Positions 41,998 through 55,407 of a stretch of 64,000 bases of DNA are shown one piece after another; within the stretch, counting starts at the first letter, position 1, and each line of letters begins with the position of its first letter. Under the pieces are notes generated by a model, which was not told where the DNA came from, ran no database searches, and saw nothing but the letters and a program-made list of their open reading frames with translations. This DNA comes from Adineta vaga (Eukaryota; Animalia; Rotifera): contig CP075497.1 in NCBI GenBank assembly GCA_021613535.1, positions 9,672,001-9,736,000 of the forward strand. Reading direction: 5' to 3'. The translations under genes and the position numbers were made by a program.

Positions 41998-44900
41998 ATG
42001 TCCTCGTCAGGTTCACGTGGACGTGGACGTGGAAGTAAGGAACCAAAAGTATCATTGAACTATTAGAATGATTGTTGTTTTATGTTTAGAAAGAGCTAGC
42101 CGTCCTGATACAGGTCCACCAGAACCATATCGATCTCAATCTATGGCAGTTATATCTGAGAAATATCATCCTGAAACAACAGAGAATGGCACAACCAAAC
42201 ATTTACCTTCATCATCTGGCCGAAAACTGTCTTCTGATCAACAACGTAAATCAACATCACGTTCATCAGCTGGTCGTGCTAGATCAACACGTCCATTTAG
42301 AGAAACAATTCGTTCAGCCGTACCTGATTCATCCGTTATCACAATGGCAAAACGACCAGATAGTGGTGGAAGAGGTAAATGATATGTTCTTCAATTGAAA
42401 CAAAATCAATTCTTCGTATTCTAGCTGGCCAAAAATTGGAAATGTATACAAATCATTTTAGATGTAATATACCTCGAACATTAAAATGTCATCAATATGA
42501 TATTGAATTAGAAGCAGCAAATCGTGATGGTACATGGCGTCCTGCGAAAAAAGATGATCGTTTTTTTGTTTTGAAAAAAATAATTGATCGAGAAAATTTT
42601 CCATTTGTTTGGTATGATGAAGGAAAAAGTCTTTATTCAATTGAATTACTTGTTGGTTTTAAAAATCAATATGAAATTATGATTAAAGATAAGAAAAGTG
42701 ATCGAGAACAAAAATATCGTCTATTACTAATTAATCTTGTTAAGTCTTATGATATACAAGTAAGAATGGAATGCAAAATTGAAAAACAAAAGAATCATTG
42801 TGTTTATTTAGGTTCTTTGGGATTTTATTGAAAATAAAGTAGCTATTCGACCGAGAGATCCAATTAGAATACTTGAAACATTACTTAAACAGACAACGCG
42901 TGCAACAATGGTTTGTGTTAAAAATCAATTCTATGATCGACATCAAAATCTCGATAATCTAGGTTAAATTTATTTGAATTCGATCAATTGTATTTTTTTT
43001 CCAAAAATTCTATATTCTATAGGTGATGGTCGTGGTTTAGCAAATGGTTCATATCAAGCAATGTTTCTCACTCAAATTGGTGCTACATTAAATATCAATT
43101 CAACATTTACATGTTTTTATCAACCATTTAATCTAGTTGATTTTCTCTGTGAATATCTTCAACATGATATCGTTCGTGATGGTAATTCAAGATACATGTT
43201 TGTTATGTTTTCAATCTTTATCTTTCATTCTCTAAAGGTATTGATGAACGTGAACAACAATTATTAATCAAAAAAGTTCTTAAACCAATTTGGCTTGAAA
43301 CACATCATACCGAAAGTGTACGTAAATATCGTATACGTGGTTTTGGTGCATCGGCACGTCAACATACATTTCCACGTATGACTGACGGAACAAATAATGA
43401 TATTCCTGAACGACAATCAGTTTATGATTATTTTTTGGAAAAATATAATATCAAATTAAAATATCCGAATTTACCAACTGTTGGTAAGAATAAAAACTTG
43501 TCTTCAACTCAAATATCTTTTGAATTATTTAACTAGAATTATACACACCACCAAATAAAACTCAATTTCATTATTTACCTATGGAATGTTGTACAATACA
43601 AGCATGGCAACGATCGATTAAACCATTAACAACTGATCAACGTGCACGAGTAAAAAAGAGTTTTCTCGTTATTTGGAATAGAATTGATAATTGAAAAATC
43701 TTAGGTGACAAAGAAAACAGTTGTACGACCAAATCAACGATATCAAACAATAAAAGAAATTGTTGAACATCGTCGATTTAATGAAGATAAATATTTGAAA
43801 GAAATTGGAATGAATGTAGAAGATAGAGAAATGTTAATTGTTCAAGGAAGATTAATTGATCCACCAGATATCAAATATATCAGTGGACGTGATGGACACA
43901 GTGAAGTTGTAGAACGAATCAATATTGGAAAGTTTGTATTCGATGTTTTCGAAAAGATAATTTCATGGATTTTGTTTTCCATATTTTAAGATGGAATATT
44001 CGTAATCGATTTCAAAAACCACGAAATATAAATAATTGGGCTTGTGTTATGATATCAGCTCAACGACCAAATCAATATCAACTATCGATTGCTCAACAAT
44101 TTGTTGAACATTTCCCTTATGTAAATTATTCTTTGATTTTGAATAAAAAAGAATCATTTAATGATATGTGTATTCTTGTAGGTTATTGAACGTTTTGGTA
44201 TTTATTTTGAACCTAATCCAATAATGAAGAGTGATCCAGCTGATCCTCAAAAAATTCATGATCGATTACAAGAATTGAAAAATGCTAATTGTGAAGTTGT
44301 CCTATTTATTCTCAATGGCGTTGGCGAAGATATTTATAAAACAGTTAAATATTTGGGAAATCATAAACTTGGAATCGTTACTCAGTAAGTTTACCACTAT
44401 GTTCGATTACGTTCTATCAATCTGGTATTTTTAGATGTACAGATTTTGTTGCTATTGCTAAGAATATCAATAAACTTGATATGGTATGAATATACTTTTC
44501 ATTATATATTTAATTGCGTTAGGAATATATATATATATTTAGTATTTACAAAATCTCGTTCAAAAATTTAATGCTAAACTTGGTGGTGTTAATGGAATGG
44601 TCTCATTAGCACGAGCATTAACATCATCGTCAACTAAAGATGATGTTTTCATGTTTTTTGGTGCTGATGTAACTCATACAACATGTTCAAGAGATAAACC
44701 ATCGATTGCTGCTGTTATTGGTTCAACTGATTCAACAAGTAAATGAGTAATTAATATTGGAGAAATAAGAAAAAACGAAAATGATGAAATGATTTAAGGT
44801 ACACAATATGCATCACGTGTGAGTGAACAATATCCAGCACGTGGAAGAATTTCATTAGAAATTATTAAAGATTTATATCAAATGGTAACAGATTTATTGA

Positions 44901-45789
44901 AATTATTTGCACAAAAAAATGGTTGTTTTCCAAATAAAATCGTTTTCTATCGTGATGGTATATGAGTTATTTTCGAAAGATTATTGAACTTTATACGACT
45001 TCTTCTTCTTCTTCTTTGATTTAGGTGTCGATGATGGACATTTTCAAAAAGTTCTTGATAATGAAGTTCGAGCATTACAAAATGCTTGTAAAGCTCTTTA
45101 TATGAATAATCCTCTACCGAAAATAACGTTTATTATCGTGAAAAAACGTCATAATACACGTTTCTTTATTCGAGAACCTAATCCAAACCCGAATATTAAA
45201 ATGATGAGCAACGTACAACCTGGTAAAATAACTTATCGATTGAGAAGTTCATCCTATTATCGTTGTTTCTCATAGGTACTGTTGTTGATACTGGTATCGT
45301 TCATCCACAAGGTTTTGATTTTTACTTGAATAGTCATGCTGCTATTCAAGGTATGTATCGGAAGAAGGATTTCAAAAATGAAACCAATTTCTCTCTCTCT
45401 CCTAGGAACATCACGACCAATTCTATATCATGTTTTATACGATGAGATTGGTTTTTCATCCGATGAAATTCAATCTCTCACTTATTATCTTTGTCATTCT
45501 GATGTACGATGTACAAAAGCAGTATCTGTACCAGCACCAGTTCATTATGCACATTTAGCTGCATATCAATCTCGTGATGCTGATAGTTATGAAAATGATC
45601 GAAGAAGTAGTATAGCCGGGTAAAATTTATTCTCTTTTGTGTTTCATAACGATATATTTGTTCTTTCTCGATAGTGATTTCGATGATGATGATCTTGTCG
45701 ATAGTCTTGGTGCTATAACATTACAAGAAGTCGAAACAAGACTTATTCAATTGGATCCATCTATTCAAGATACAATGTGGTATGTTTAA
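41998..45789 (+). CDS. Argonaute (N-L1-PAZ-L2-MID-PIWI), about 20 exons, intact DEDH tetrad
   Basis: [118 protein letters not shown]-terminus TMWYV*. Confidence 0.95.
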
Positions 45790-46093
45790 AGAAGATTAGA
45801 ACAATATTATTTTGACATGACATGACATGATTTAAAATAACAATGTCTTCTGGACAGTTGTTTTAATGAATCTCATTAGATATTTTCAAAGATGTTCTTT
45901 TTTATATATTTTTATTTCTATTCTACATATATCAGTCTTCATTGAAAAGTATAAAGAAAGACAAGATGTTGAACAAAATCTAATCTCCGATTATTCCTTA
46001 TCAGACAGTCACATGATGTTTATTTATATATTTTGCGGGTACTTATGCATTGTATTGTCTATAAAATTCTTTTTTCGTTTGTTCATAACAATA

Positions 46094-47912
46094 ATGAAGT
46101 CTATACGAATTGTTGGCTTCACTCCATTAGGTGTTATTCTCGCTGAACGATTTACCTATTTACAAACTAATCTATCAAAAATTTATTCAGATATTCATCT
46201 TATCGAACGAATCTCATGTTTATCAAATGATATACATTGGCAAAGTATCGGTCATTTCTGTTTGTTGAATCTTTTAAAACAATGTCGATCCTTACAATCG
46301 GATAATTCGAAAAAGTTTGGTATAAATGTTCAACATGTAATAATGAATGAACAACTTCTTTATTCATATCTTAAGTTAGCAATAGAACGTATGCAGAAGT
46401 ATTATTTGAGTTTATTAAAATATCGTCAGATCAAATTTGAATTATTCAATGATCAGATTGAATCGAGTGATGAAGATAGAAACAAATGTTCATTGAACAA
46501 ACACATATTGAATGATGAGACGATGAAGATAAAACCAATCTATTTATATAATCAGTCAAGTAAATCAAATGATCGATTGTTAAATAATGATGAATTTGAA
46601 TCATCAATGAAAACAGATACAAACTCTTCTATAAGAACTTCATATTGTACTTATATAACCTATGGTCAATCATTTCATACAGAATTTAATCAAAGTCTTC
46701 GTTTAAATTCTTTTCATGCTATTTTTCAATATCTTCTCTCATGTCCAACAATAAAAATCATAGGTCTCGATATATTTGCATTTGAACTAGCATATCTATT
46801 TTGGTCTGTTGGACACAATGAAATCTATCTATATCGAATGAATCCGCACGAATCATCGATGTTACCTATAACAAAAACTAACGGAAATCTTGTTATACTT
46901 TTTCAAATATTTTCAAAATTTATGCATAAACCATTGATACAAACAACTTCGAAAGAAATTGCTCGACCATTCTTACATATTATCGAACATTTTCATCAAT
47001 TTAGAATGAATTCAGATGCTGAAGGACGATTAGAATATGAGAAATATATTGGTACAGTCATGCCAACTAATCGCACATTGGAAGAAACGAAAAAACATAA
47101 ACGAACATATTTAGAAACATTTCGACAACGTACTCAAGAATCATTTACAAAATTTAGTACATCTCATATTCAAATCGGTAAAATAAAAATCTTGTTTATT
47201 TATTTAACATTATATTCTCTACTTGACTGAAGATACAAACAATGATATTAAAGAAGAATTACTGGAAGATTTTCCACCCTCTTCAACATTTTTCGTTCTT
47301 TCCGATGTCAATACATCGTTTGATGTTGAACCGTCTTTAAAATCTTCATTTCCTAATGCTATTTGTACATTCAATAGTACACCTGGTGCATTGATTCAAA
47401 ATATATATAAATCATTACGAACTATTGCTAATGATGAACAAATTCCTGATCTAACCAATGTCTTTCTTTCTATCGATCACGAACTCTGTGTAATACAGAA
47501 TCAAACATCCGGTATGTATTTTCTATTTCAATTTTCTTTCAATCAACATACTTTAGTCAAAGATGGTCAATTTGGGATAGATGAAATTGTTGAATCACAA
47601 CAACATGACCTACAACAACCTCTAGAAAATCTTCATGATCTATATAAAATCATTCAACGACCAATAAATTCAACTGGTCGAGTAAATTCCTTGCTTGAAA
47701 AACTCGTCGATATCTTTTGTTTTCTCTAGCTAACATTATATGAATCTCAATTATTTCAAAATGATGCACTCGATCTACAATCATTATTACTCTTTTTTAA
47801 TCCTCATGATAGAATTCCTAAAAATGAACTTATGTTCTTATTTCATAATGAACATGATTGGCATAATCTGTTAGTATTACCTAATCGTCTAACGATTAAA
47901 AATAACAATTAA
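46094..47912 (+). CDS. Highly degenerate class-I pyridine nucleotide-disulfide oxidoreductase-fold protein (putative pseudoenzyme), 4 exons
   Basis: MKSIRIVGFTPLGVILAERF..LIER matches the FAD Rossmann position. KKFGINVQHVIMNEQLLY...LLKYRQIKF, YITYGQ (ATG position) and IKIIGLDIFAFELAYLFWSVG..IYLY (NAD(P) Rossmann position) follow in the family order. Confidence 0.55.
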
Positions 47913-49660
47913 CGTACACTTTCATATACTAAAAAGAAAGCAATTGACAGTCTGGCACGCAATCTATGGACAAATAACATGATTGGTTTCTGTTGTCTCA
48001 TCAGCTGTTTTGTTTATTTCTTTTCATCTTCCATATTCTTTCTGTTCAATCATGTCATGATAAGATGAGATTCTTCTTAGTTAGAATAATTCAACTCACT
48101 ATTCCCCTATCGACAAAGTAAAATGATGTAATTGATTGATCTATACTTTTCTTTTCCAAAGGTTACAGTTATAAGACGCAAAACTATTATAGTCATTCGA
48201 TATATCAGAAATGCAATGTTCTTTATCAGAAGTAATATAAAACTATTGAAGGACAAATTTTACAACACTTGAACAAAGATATAGACCTTCAAGGTGATTC
48301 ATTTTCGACATTTTCATTCATTTTGTTTAGATAAGAATTTGTCTATGAATATTTTGTCGGACATCTATGACTATGAGGAGAACGAACTTTTTCTTTGATA
48401 TGCAAACTTTGCATTGATTTATATTTAAAGAAATTTCATTTCGAAAATCACTGATTGGAATGAATTTGTTTTGATGATTATTTTATTTTAGAAATTCTTT
48501 CTTTTCATTGATTTCGTCTTCGGGTGTATCAATCATTGATAGTCAAGTAAGTACTACTACTACTACTGTAAGACATATCAATATCAATTTATTCACGCGT
48601 ATGTGCTTTTTCATTGGAAAATGATTGCAGTTGCCGCCGCCGCCTAGATTATAAACGATTAATTGATTTGTTTTGTTCGTGTTATTTTTTCGGATCAACT
48701 CATCTTTCTACTCTTATCATCTATCTAATGTCATTCGGCATATAAAATACTTACTTCTCACCAATTATTTACTGTTCATTCGAAAGATAAATGAACAGGT
48801 TATGTGTATATAAAGATAGAAGGAAAACGAGAGACAGAGATTTTTCTAGTAGATCAAATGATCTCTCATCATGATATTGTAGAATTAGTAATCATCAATA
48901 CGAACATATTGTTATCTTTCATTTGATATCTAATGATGCCTTATGTTAGAAAGAATGAGAGATGAAAATTCATCAACTAACTATGCTCTTGACAATGATC
49001 TGATTGACAATGCAATTTTCTCCGACGACAGCATACGAACAGAAATTTAGATAGACAGACATAGCATATGTATATATGTGACGAACTTGACAGCTGAGAG
49101 TAAATCACGGTCAGACTGACAGCAACAGATTCTTTATCTCAATGGGGAAGCTCTCACACTTGTTGGCTCATTCAAATTTTACCATCTGCATGTCCTTATG
49201 TATACTGTTCAAGATAGAAATTTATTCATTGATATCATGCCGTGATGATGATTGAATTGCAGCTCATTTGAGCTTTTTCTTCAGCAAATTCATTTACTCA
49301 CGGCAGGAAGATTCTTATTCAGGTGTAGAGTTTATCATTATCAACAATCAGTTGATACATACATATATATATATATGTATAAATGTATATGTATACATAT
49401 GTATATATAAAGATACGCCTAAAAGTGTTTCATATTCTTCTATTCTCTTCGCTATAGATTTTTCTTTTTTATTGCTCTCTTTCTCTTTTTCTCTGCGTTT
49501 CTTTTCTCTCTTCTCTCTTCTTTCTCTCTCTCTCTCTTTGCTTTCGCGGTTTGTTCGTTAATATATAGCCAAAAAGAAAAGGCAAACGAAGTGTATACGA
49601 GCAACGCAATGAAGGTGTAAAGTCAAAAATTAGTTGTTCATACATTCACCTAAGTTAATA

Positions 49661-50911
49661 ATGACATCGTCAGTGTCATCATCACCTTTATCTTATTCTC
49701 CAACTTCAAGTCCTGAATTGATCAAAACGCGATCTCATCATAAATCTTATCATGTTGAAATCGGACTTATTATTCTTTTTCTTTGTTTAACAATTCCAAG
49801 TTTATTATTTCTTACACTTATCTATCGACGACAAACAACATATGTTCCCAGTACAACTACACAATCACCGCCATCATTATCTCCAATATCGATATCAGAT
49901 TCTCCTTTTTTTAAATTTGCATTCAATAGAAATTTCTATCGTAAATCATTAATTAATTATCCACAAGCACGTTGTATGGATGATAGTATCGCTTCATATT
50001 ATATTCGTTTATCAACAACAACAAATAATTCACGTTGGTTAATCTATTTCGATGGTGGTTGGTTTTGTTATTCGAAAGAATCATGTTATTTTCGTCGACT
50101 CTATTCACCTAATTTAATCACATCGAATAATTTTGATGAGAAAAAATCTTTAATAGGAATTTTTTCTTCATTAAAAGAATATAATCTTATTTATGTACCC
50201 TATTGTTCATCTGATCTTTGGTCAGGTTCATCAAATCAAAGTCATGCACATGGTTCGGATATATTTCATGCAATATTTGACGATTTAAAATCAGATAAAC
50301 ATTTTCAAAAAGCTCAACAAATTATTTTCACAGGTTTTTCCGCCGGTGGTCTTGGACTTCTATTAAATTTACCTAATTTATTAAAAACATTTTCTTCAAC
50401 TATTGATCTTCGTGTTATTATTGATTCCGGTTGGTTCATTGATTATCCAGGTAGTATTAATGGCATATCAAAAATAAATGAAGGAATGATCTATTGGAAT
50501 ACACAAATTCCTTCATCATGTCAATTAAAACCACAATATCGATGTTTCTTAGGAAGTGAAGCAATACGTTTCTTTCCATCCCATGTTCGAATATTAATTA
50601 TTCAATCTTTATTTGATCAAACTCAATTGCATTTAGATGAAGTTAATCTTCATACAAATGATTTTTCTCTTAAACTTCTCGAAAATCTTCGTCAATCCAA
50701 TGAACATGTCTCGATCTTTGCACCGGCATGTTCACTACATGGTTTTCTCTTTCGTTCATTATGGTCACAATTTGATATAAAACAACGAACACTTGCTTCT
50801 GTTCTTAATGTATGGTTAAGAAGGAAGAAAAGAACTCGACTACGACTAATTGATCATCATTTTGATTCAAGTTTTTGTCCACAAAGAGAAAATGATGATG
50901 AGCTTTACTAA
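49661..50911 (+). CDS. NOTUM: Notum / pectin-acetylesterase family carboxylesterase, intronless, with an N-terminal TM anchor
   Basis: ARCMDDS, FDGGWFC, VPYCSSDLWSG, GFSAGG nucleophile, DSGWF, QSLFDQTQL, PACSLHG. Confidence 0.85.
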   Translation: MTSSVSSSPLSYSPTSSPELIKTRSHHKSYHVEIGLIILFLCLTIPSLLFLTLIYRRQTTYVPSTTTQSPPSLSPISISDSPFFKFAFNRNFYRKSLINYPQARCMDDSIASYYIRLSTTTNNSRWLIYFDGGWFCYSKESCYFRRLYSPNLITSNNFDEKKSLIGIFSSLKEYNLIYVPYCSSDLWSGSSNQSHAHGSDIFHAIFDDLKSDKHFQKAQQIIFTGFSAGGLGLLLNLPNLLKTFSSTIDLRVIIDSGWFIDYPGSINGISKINEGMIYWNTQIPSSCQLKPQYRCFLGSEAIRFFPSHVRILIIQSLFDQTQLHLDEVNLHTNDFSLKLLENLRQSNEHVSIFAPACSLHGFLFRSLWSQFDIKQRTLASVLNVWLRRKKRTRLRLIDHHFDSSFCPQRENDDELY

Positions 50912-53094
50912 TCTTTTCACATTCATCTTTGATGTTTATTATCTGTCTAAGCATTTTGTTTTTGCTTTCTTGTGTGCTCATTCTTTTCTTTTCTGTTTTT
51001 GTGTATTTCTTCGTAAAATGAATATAATGAGAAAGAACAGTATTTGAAATGAAATAATTGTTTGTTTAACACGTCAACACATTCCCACTTGAAATAGACA
51101 TTTTCATAAGCGATCAGCATGTTATTTGAAAAAGCATTCGTTTATTCTTTTGTGTTAATCTGATGCCGCTTTTAGTCACCAATTTAAAAAAGAACGCTAC
51201 TTTTAAAACGATTAAGTCGCGTGTGTATCCGTCATATGGGCGCAGGAGAAGAGAAGAGAAGAAGATTAGGTTACCCGGAGAGTTATACATGGATATTACA
51301 ATGAAAAAGAATCAAAACGTCGTCAATCGAATAAGAGGGTTGTTATTCTTTTGATAGAAGTAGTGGCGACGGCGGCAACAAACGATTGCGATAAGAAAAT
51401 TAATTGAAACTGTTTGTACAAAAGGAATTACATCATGAATGAAATTGTCTTCACTACCTGACAAGAATATCACACAATCATCATTAGTAAATCGTTGTCT
51501 GTTAAGACAGAAAGAGAAAGAGAGAGAGAGAGTAAGATTATGATCATTAGTATAAATGAGAGTCCAAGTACACGCTCGAGAATTACGCAATAAGATCATC
51601 TTATGTTATATTCATTCATTCATACATTTCTTTCCTTGTCTATTTTTTAACTCACTCTTTTTATCCCTATTAACGATACGATGGCAATGATGAAACATCG
51701 TATATGTAAGAAAAAAAAACGCGAAGACAGGATAAGATAGACAGTAGGGGTGCAAAATGATTATCTCACACGTTTTTTTTTTCTGTAAACATCTATCGTC
51801 ATGGGATAGAACTATTGTCGATCAATATACATCTATGAATCAATGTCATGTAAGAGATGCTTACAATGACAAATATGATTGACAGCAAACAGAGTAGAAC
51901 ATGAAACGTCCAACTGAGCATCTTGCTGATGCTCATTTATCTATACACATTTATTGAATAAGATTGTTAAAACAGCTTTTTTTTCTTCTTCTTCTTTTTA
52001 CATTGTTGTTTAGTGTCTATTTGCCTAGTGTTAACATCGAGAAAAAAAACAATATGAACTTGGAATTTCGTTACTTCATATTTGAAAGGAAGCCATCGAA
52101 AAGCATTAGATGCCGGATATTGATCTCGTCAGTGTCAAGTAACGATATACACGATGTGAAAATATGTTTATACCTATATGTATATGTATTGACAAAAAGT
52201 GTGAGCGTGTCGTTTTCACACATAGAGAAACTCATCAAGATTCTTAGTTACACACATCTTCATCTTTTTCGAGTATGTGTGCGATGAGCATACATACAAT
52301 CATACTTGTATGTATACATACAAATCTCTATGGAATGGATTTAAAACCGAACAACGTAGTACATGAGGGAATTTTAGAAGATAGTGATCTTCCGGCATAT
52401 GCTCGTAACAAAAGAATAATATCGGAAATAAAACTTGTCAGGATAGATGATGATAATGATGAATGCTTTTAGGATAGACATAGAGAGAAGAATAGTGCCG
52501 CTTATGTATGTATATATTACTGTTTGATGGCTACTATTGACATTGAGAAGAAAACATCTTAGATATAACAACATAAAAATCTAAAAATACAACTAAAAGT
52601 ATATCTCATTGTAACAGCTTGAATCCATTAACGCATTTATACTCAAGAGAATTTTTAAGAAAGAAAAGACTCTTGTATTACTTAATGTGTGTGTGTGTGT
52701 AGATCCCTTTCTCAATATATAAATATAGATATACACGTAGAAATTGAGTGTCTCGTCTAGTCTTGTCATGAGATGTGTACAATAGACGTGCATGATGTTT
52801 TATGGTACATGATTGGATCGAGTGGACAGATAAGATTGTCTTATAACAAAAGATTGTTCTTTCGATTTCATATATATATATAGACATCCTTGATAGATAT
52901 TAATTTGTTCGTTTTCAATTGACAGTAACACAAAAAAGAAAAGATTCATTTTCTACTCTGTAATTCGAGTTGATGAGAGAAAATGTTGAACAATGTGATC
53001 AAATTAGAAATGTGATGACAGGTCACACTCAATTCTCATGTTCAACCCATTTAATTGTAGAGTTTAAACGACCAAATACAAAGAAACAACAGCG

Positions 53095-54414
53095 ATGTAT
53101 ACATTCAATTTAGTATCACTCGATTCAGCGCTGAACAACAAAAGTAATATCGGGATTGATCTACCGAATAAATTGAATATTGAACAATGTTCAATCAAAG
53201 AATTAAAAGTACAAATTGCTCAAATACTTTCATCACCAGATCAATCATTTGGTATGAGACGAAAGATGTTTATTACCGAGAAAAAAAATTCAATTTTCTT
53301 CTAATATAGATGTCTATTGTCAAGGTGTGCAATTGGCTGAAGAGGATAAAAATCTAAATGATTATGAAATTGAACAAGATGATAATCTTGTCATTGTACC
53401 AAAAATGAAATTACCAAATGAATCAGCTATGGAAACATCAGCTGGTAAAGAATACATCTATTTTTAGAAGAACAATATTGTATTGTTTGAATAAATAGGA
53501 TTACCAGGCAAAAGTGAATTAAATCAAAGTTCCAATACAATTGAAATATCTGCAACACCAAATGAATTTAATCGTGTAAGTACAGAGAAGAAATACGTAT
53601 TCAATCATTCTTTTCTTTTAATAATTAATTAGTTGTATTGGTTAATGAAAACACCAGAATTCTGGCGAAAAATTACTCAAGCATTACCTGAATTGTTATT
53701 TGATTCCAGTGCCATAGGTATTGTAGAGGAAACTCAGTTCATCATCTTAAAACTTCTTCATTTAGGTTTATGTGAAGATTCTGTACTCTTCTGTTTAAAT
53801 CATAATATTAAATATCTTACAGAGATTGTACAAGAGAATCCATTATTGTATAAAGTCATTGCTCAAGTTATTAAAGAATGGACATCAACGAGTAATACAA
53901 CTAATCCCAATGATATTCAATTATCACCTGGTAAATCTTGAGAAGAGAAACACTTTTTTTTTAGAATAATCTATTATTTGTTTTTCTAGCTGCTTACTTT
54001 TTGAATGGTAGTCCACATTTAATCGAACCAGCTGCACCACGTCAACCAGCATTCAATGTTATGCCTCGACGTATAACCAACGAAGATTTTTATCGTGCAC
54101 TTGAACAAACAAATCGATCATCGACAACTTCTCGTTCATCCAATCTTCCATCTCAACAAACACAAAGAACGCCATCAAATCGTCGAAATCTTATTAGTAT
54201 GGATCAATTGAGAAGTGTTTTACAACGAACTTCAACAAATCCATCAACACCAACAACATCTATGGAAAATACGGCAAGTGGTGAACCTGCTAATGCACAA
54301 GCACTTCTTGATCAAATGCGTGGTATGGGTTTAACTGACGAAGTAGCTAATCGACAAGCGCTCGAAGCAACTGGTTGGGACTTAAAAGCTGCTCTTGACT
54401 TGTTACTTGGATAA
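53095..54414 (+). CDS. UBL7: Ubiquitin-like + UBA protein, UBL7-like
   Basis: N-terminal UBL (SIKELK..VYCQGVQL..LNDYEI); ALPELLFDSSAIG; C-terminal UBA QMRGMGLTDEVANRQALEATGWDLKAALDLL. Confidence 0.7.
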
Positions 54415-54602
54415 GGTTTTAAAATAAAATATAATCTAGAATCTGAAGAAAAATGCTTAAAATACACTTATAAATATTGAAACAAGAATTAACTCCTATG
54501 AAAAATATTTTCATTCTATTGATATAGTAGAATTAAACGTTAATGTATTATGTATTGATGTTTGTACACCATATGTTTCATAATATTGATACGGTTACTA
54601 TC

Positions 54603-55388
54603 TTAAAAAACAGAACGTATCCACTGTTTTAAATGATTTCTCAGCTTGGTAAGATCGACATGGGCTTAAACAGCATATTCATGTAGTATCTGACAGTGAA
54701 ATCGTTTGTAAAGCATCATCCTCTAGAAACAAGCTGCTAGTACCAACGACACTTTTGCAACTAATAGATGATCATTATCTGTTGATAAGGACAGTTTCAT
54801 TTTATGAATAAATCAATTGTAGATAGAAACTAGTAAAATATCTGATGCTGCATCGTGTACTGTTTAATCTATTGACAAAATCTTATTGGTTAAAGAAGCT
54901 TGTGAGACTGAGTGTTAAGCAAAATCCACAGAATATTTAAGCTCTCTTAATATCTACGACCATTGTTCATGGAAGAAAATGTTTGTTAGAGTTAATGTGG
55001 AACAAAATTCACGTATTTCTTTAGCAAACAATTCCCATTCTTTTTGTCCCTTTTCTAATATCACCACAATAAGTACAGGGGGGTTTCCTCGAATACGTGG
55101 TGAAAGAAAACAATATTCCACCAGAGTTAAATTCAAATAACAACATCTAGCATTTAAGAGATATTTTACTGAAGGAAGAGTAACTTTGTTAGGATTAATA
55201 TTGATTTATAATGCTGAAATGTTGATTGTATAAAAAGTCTCCAAGAACTCAATAGTAAAAAGAGAGGATGATAAATTCTTTTCTTTGATTAATGACGACT
55301 TATAAGTAGTATCAAACAGATTTTGTAATTTTTCATCAACAATTGTTATCTCTGAAAAACATTTTTGCGCGAAATAACTTCTGATCAA
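54603..55388 (-). pseudogene. Possible decayed coding sequence of unknown family
   Basis: Collinear protein-like segments broken by several stops, e.g. ILHEYAV*AHVDLTKLRNHLKQWIRSVF* and QKEWELFAKEIREFC. Confidence 0.3.
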
Positions 55389-55407
55389 GAAATCTCTCTA
55401 TCAGATC

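Noticed and set aside
45866-46093. Hydrophobic N-terminal extension of the 454-aa ORF
   Set aside because: It overlaps the probable Argonaute 3' UTR and is AT-rich; the fold-like sequence starts at MKSIRIVG (46094).
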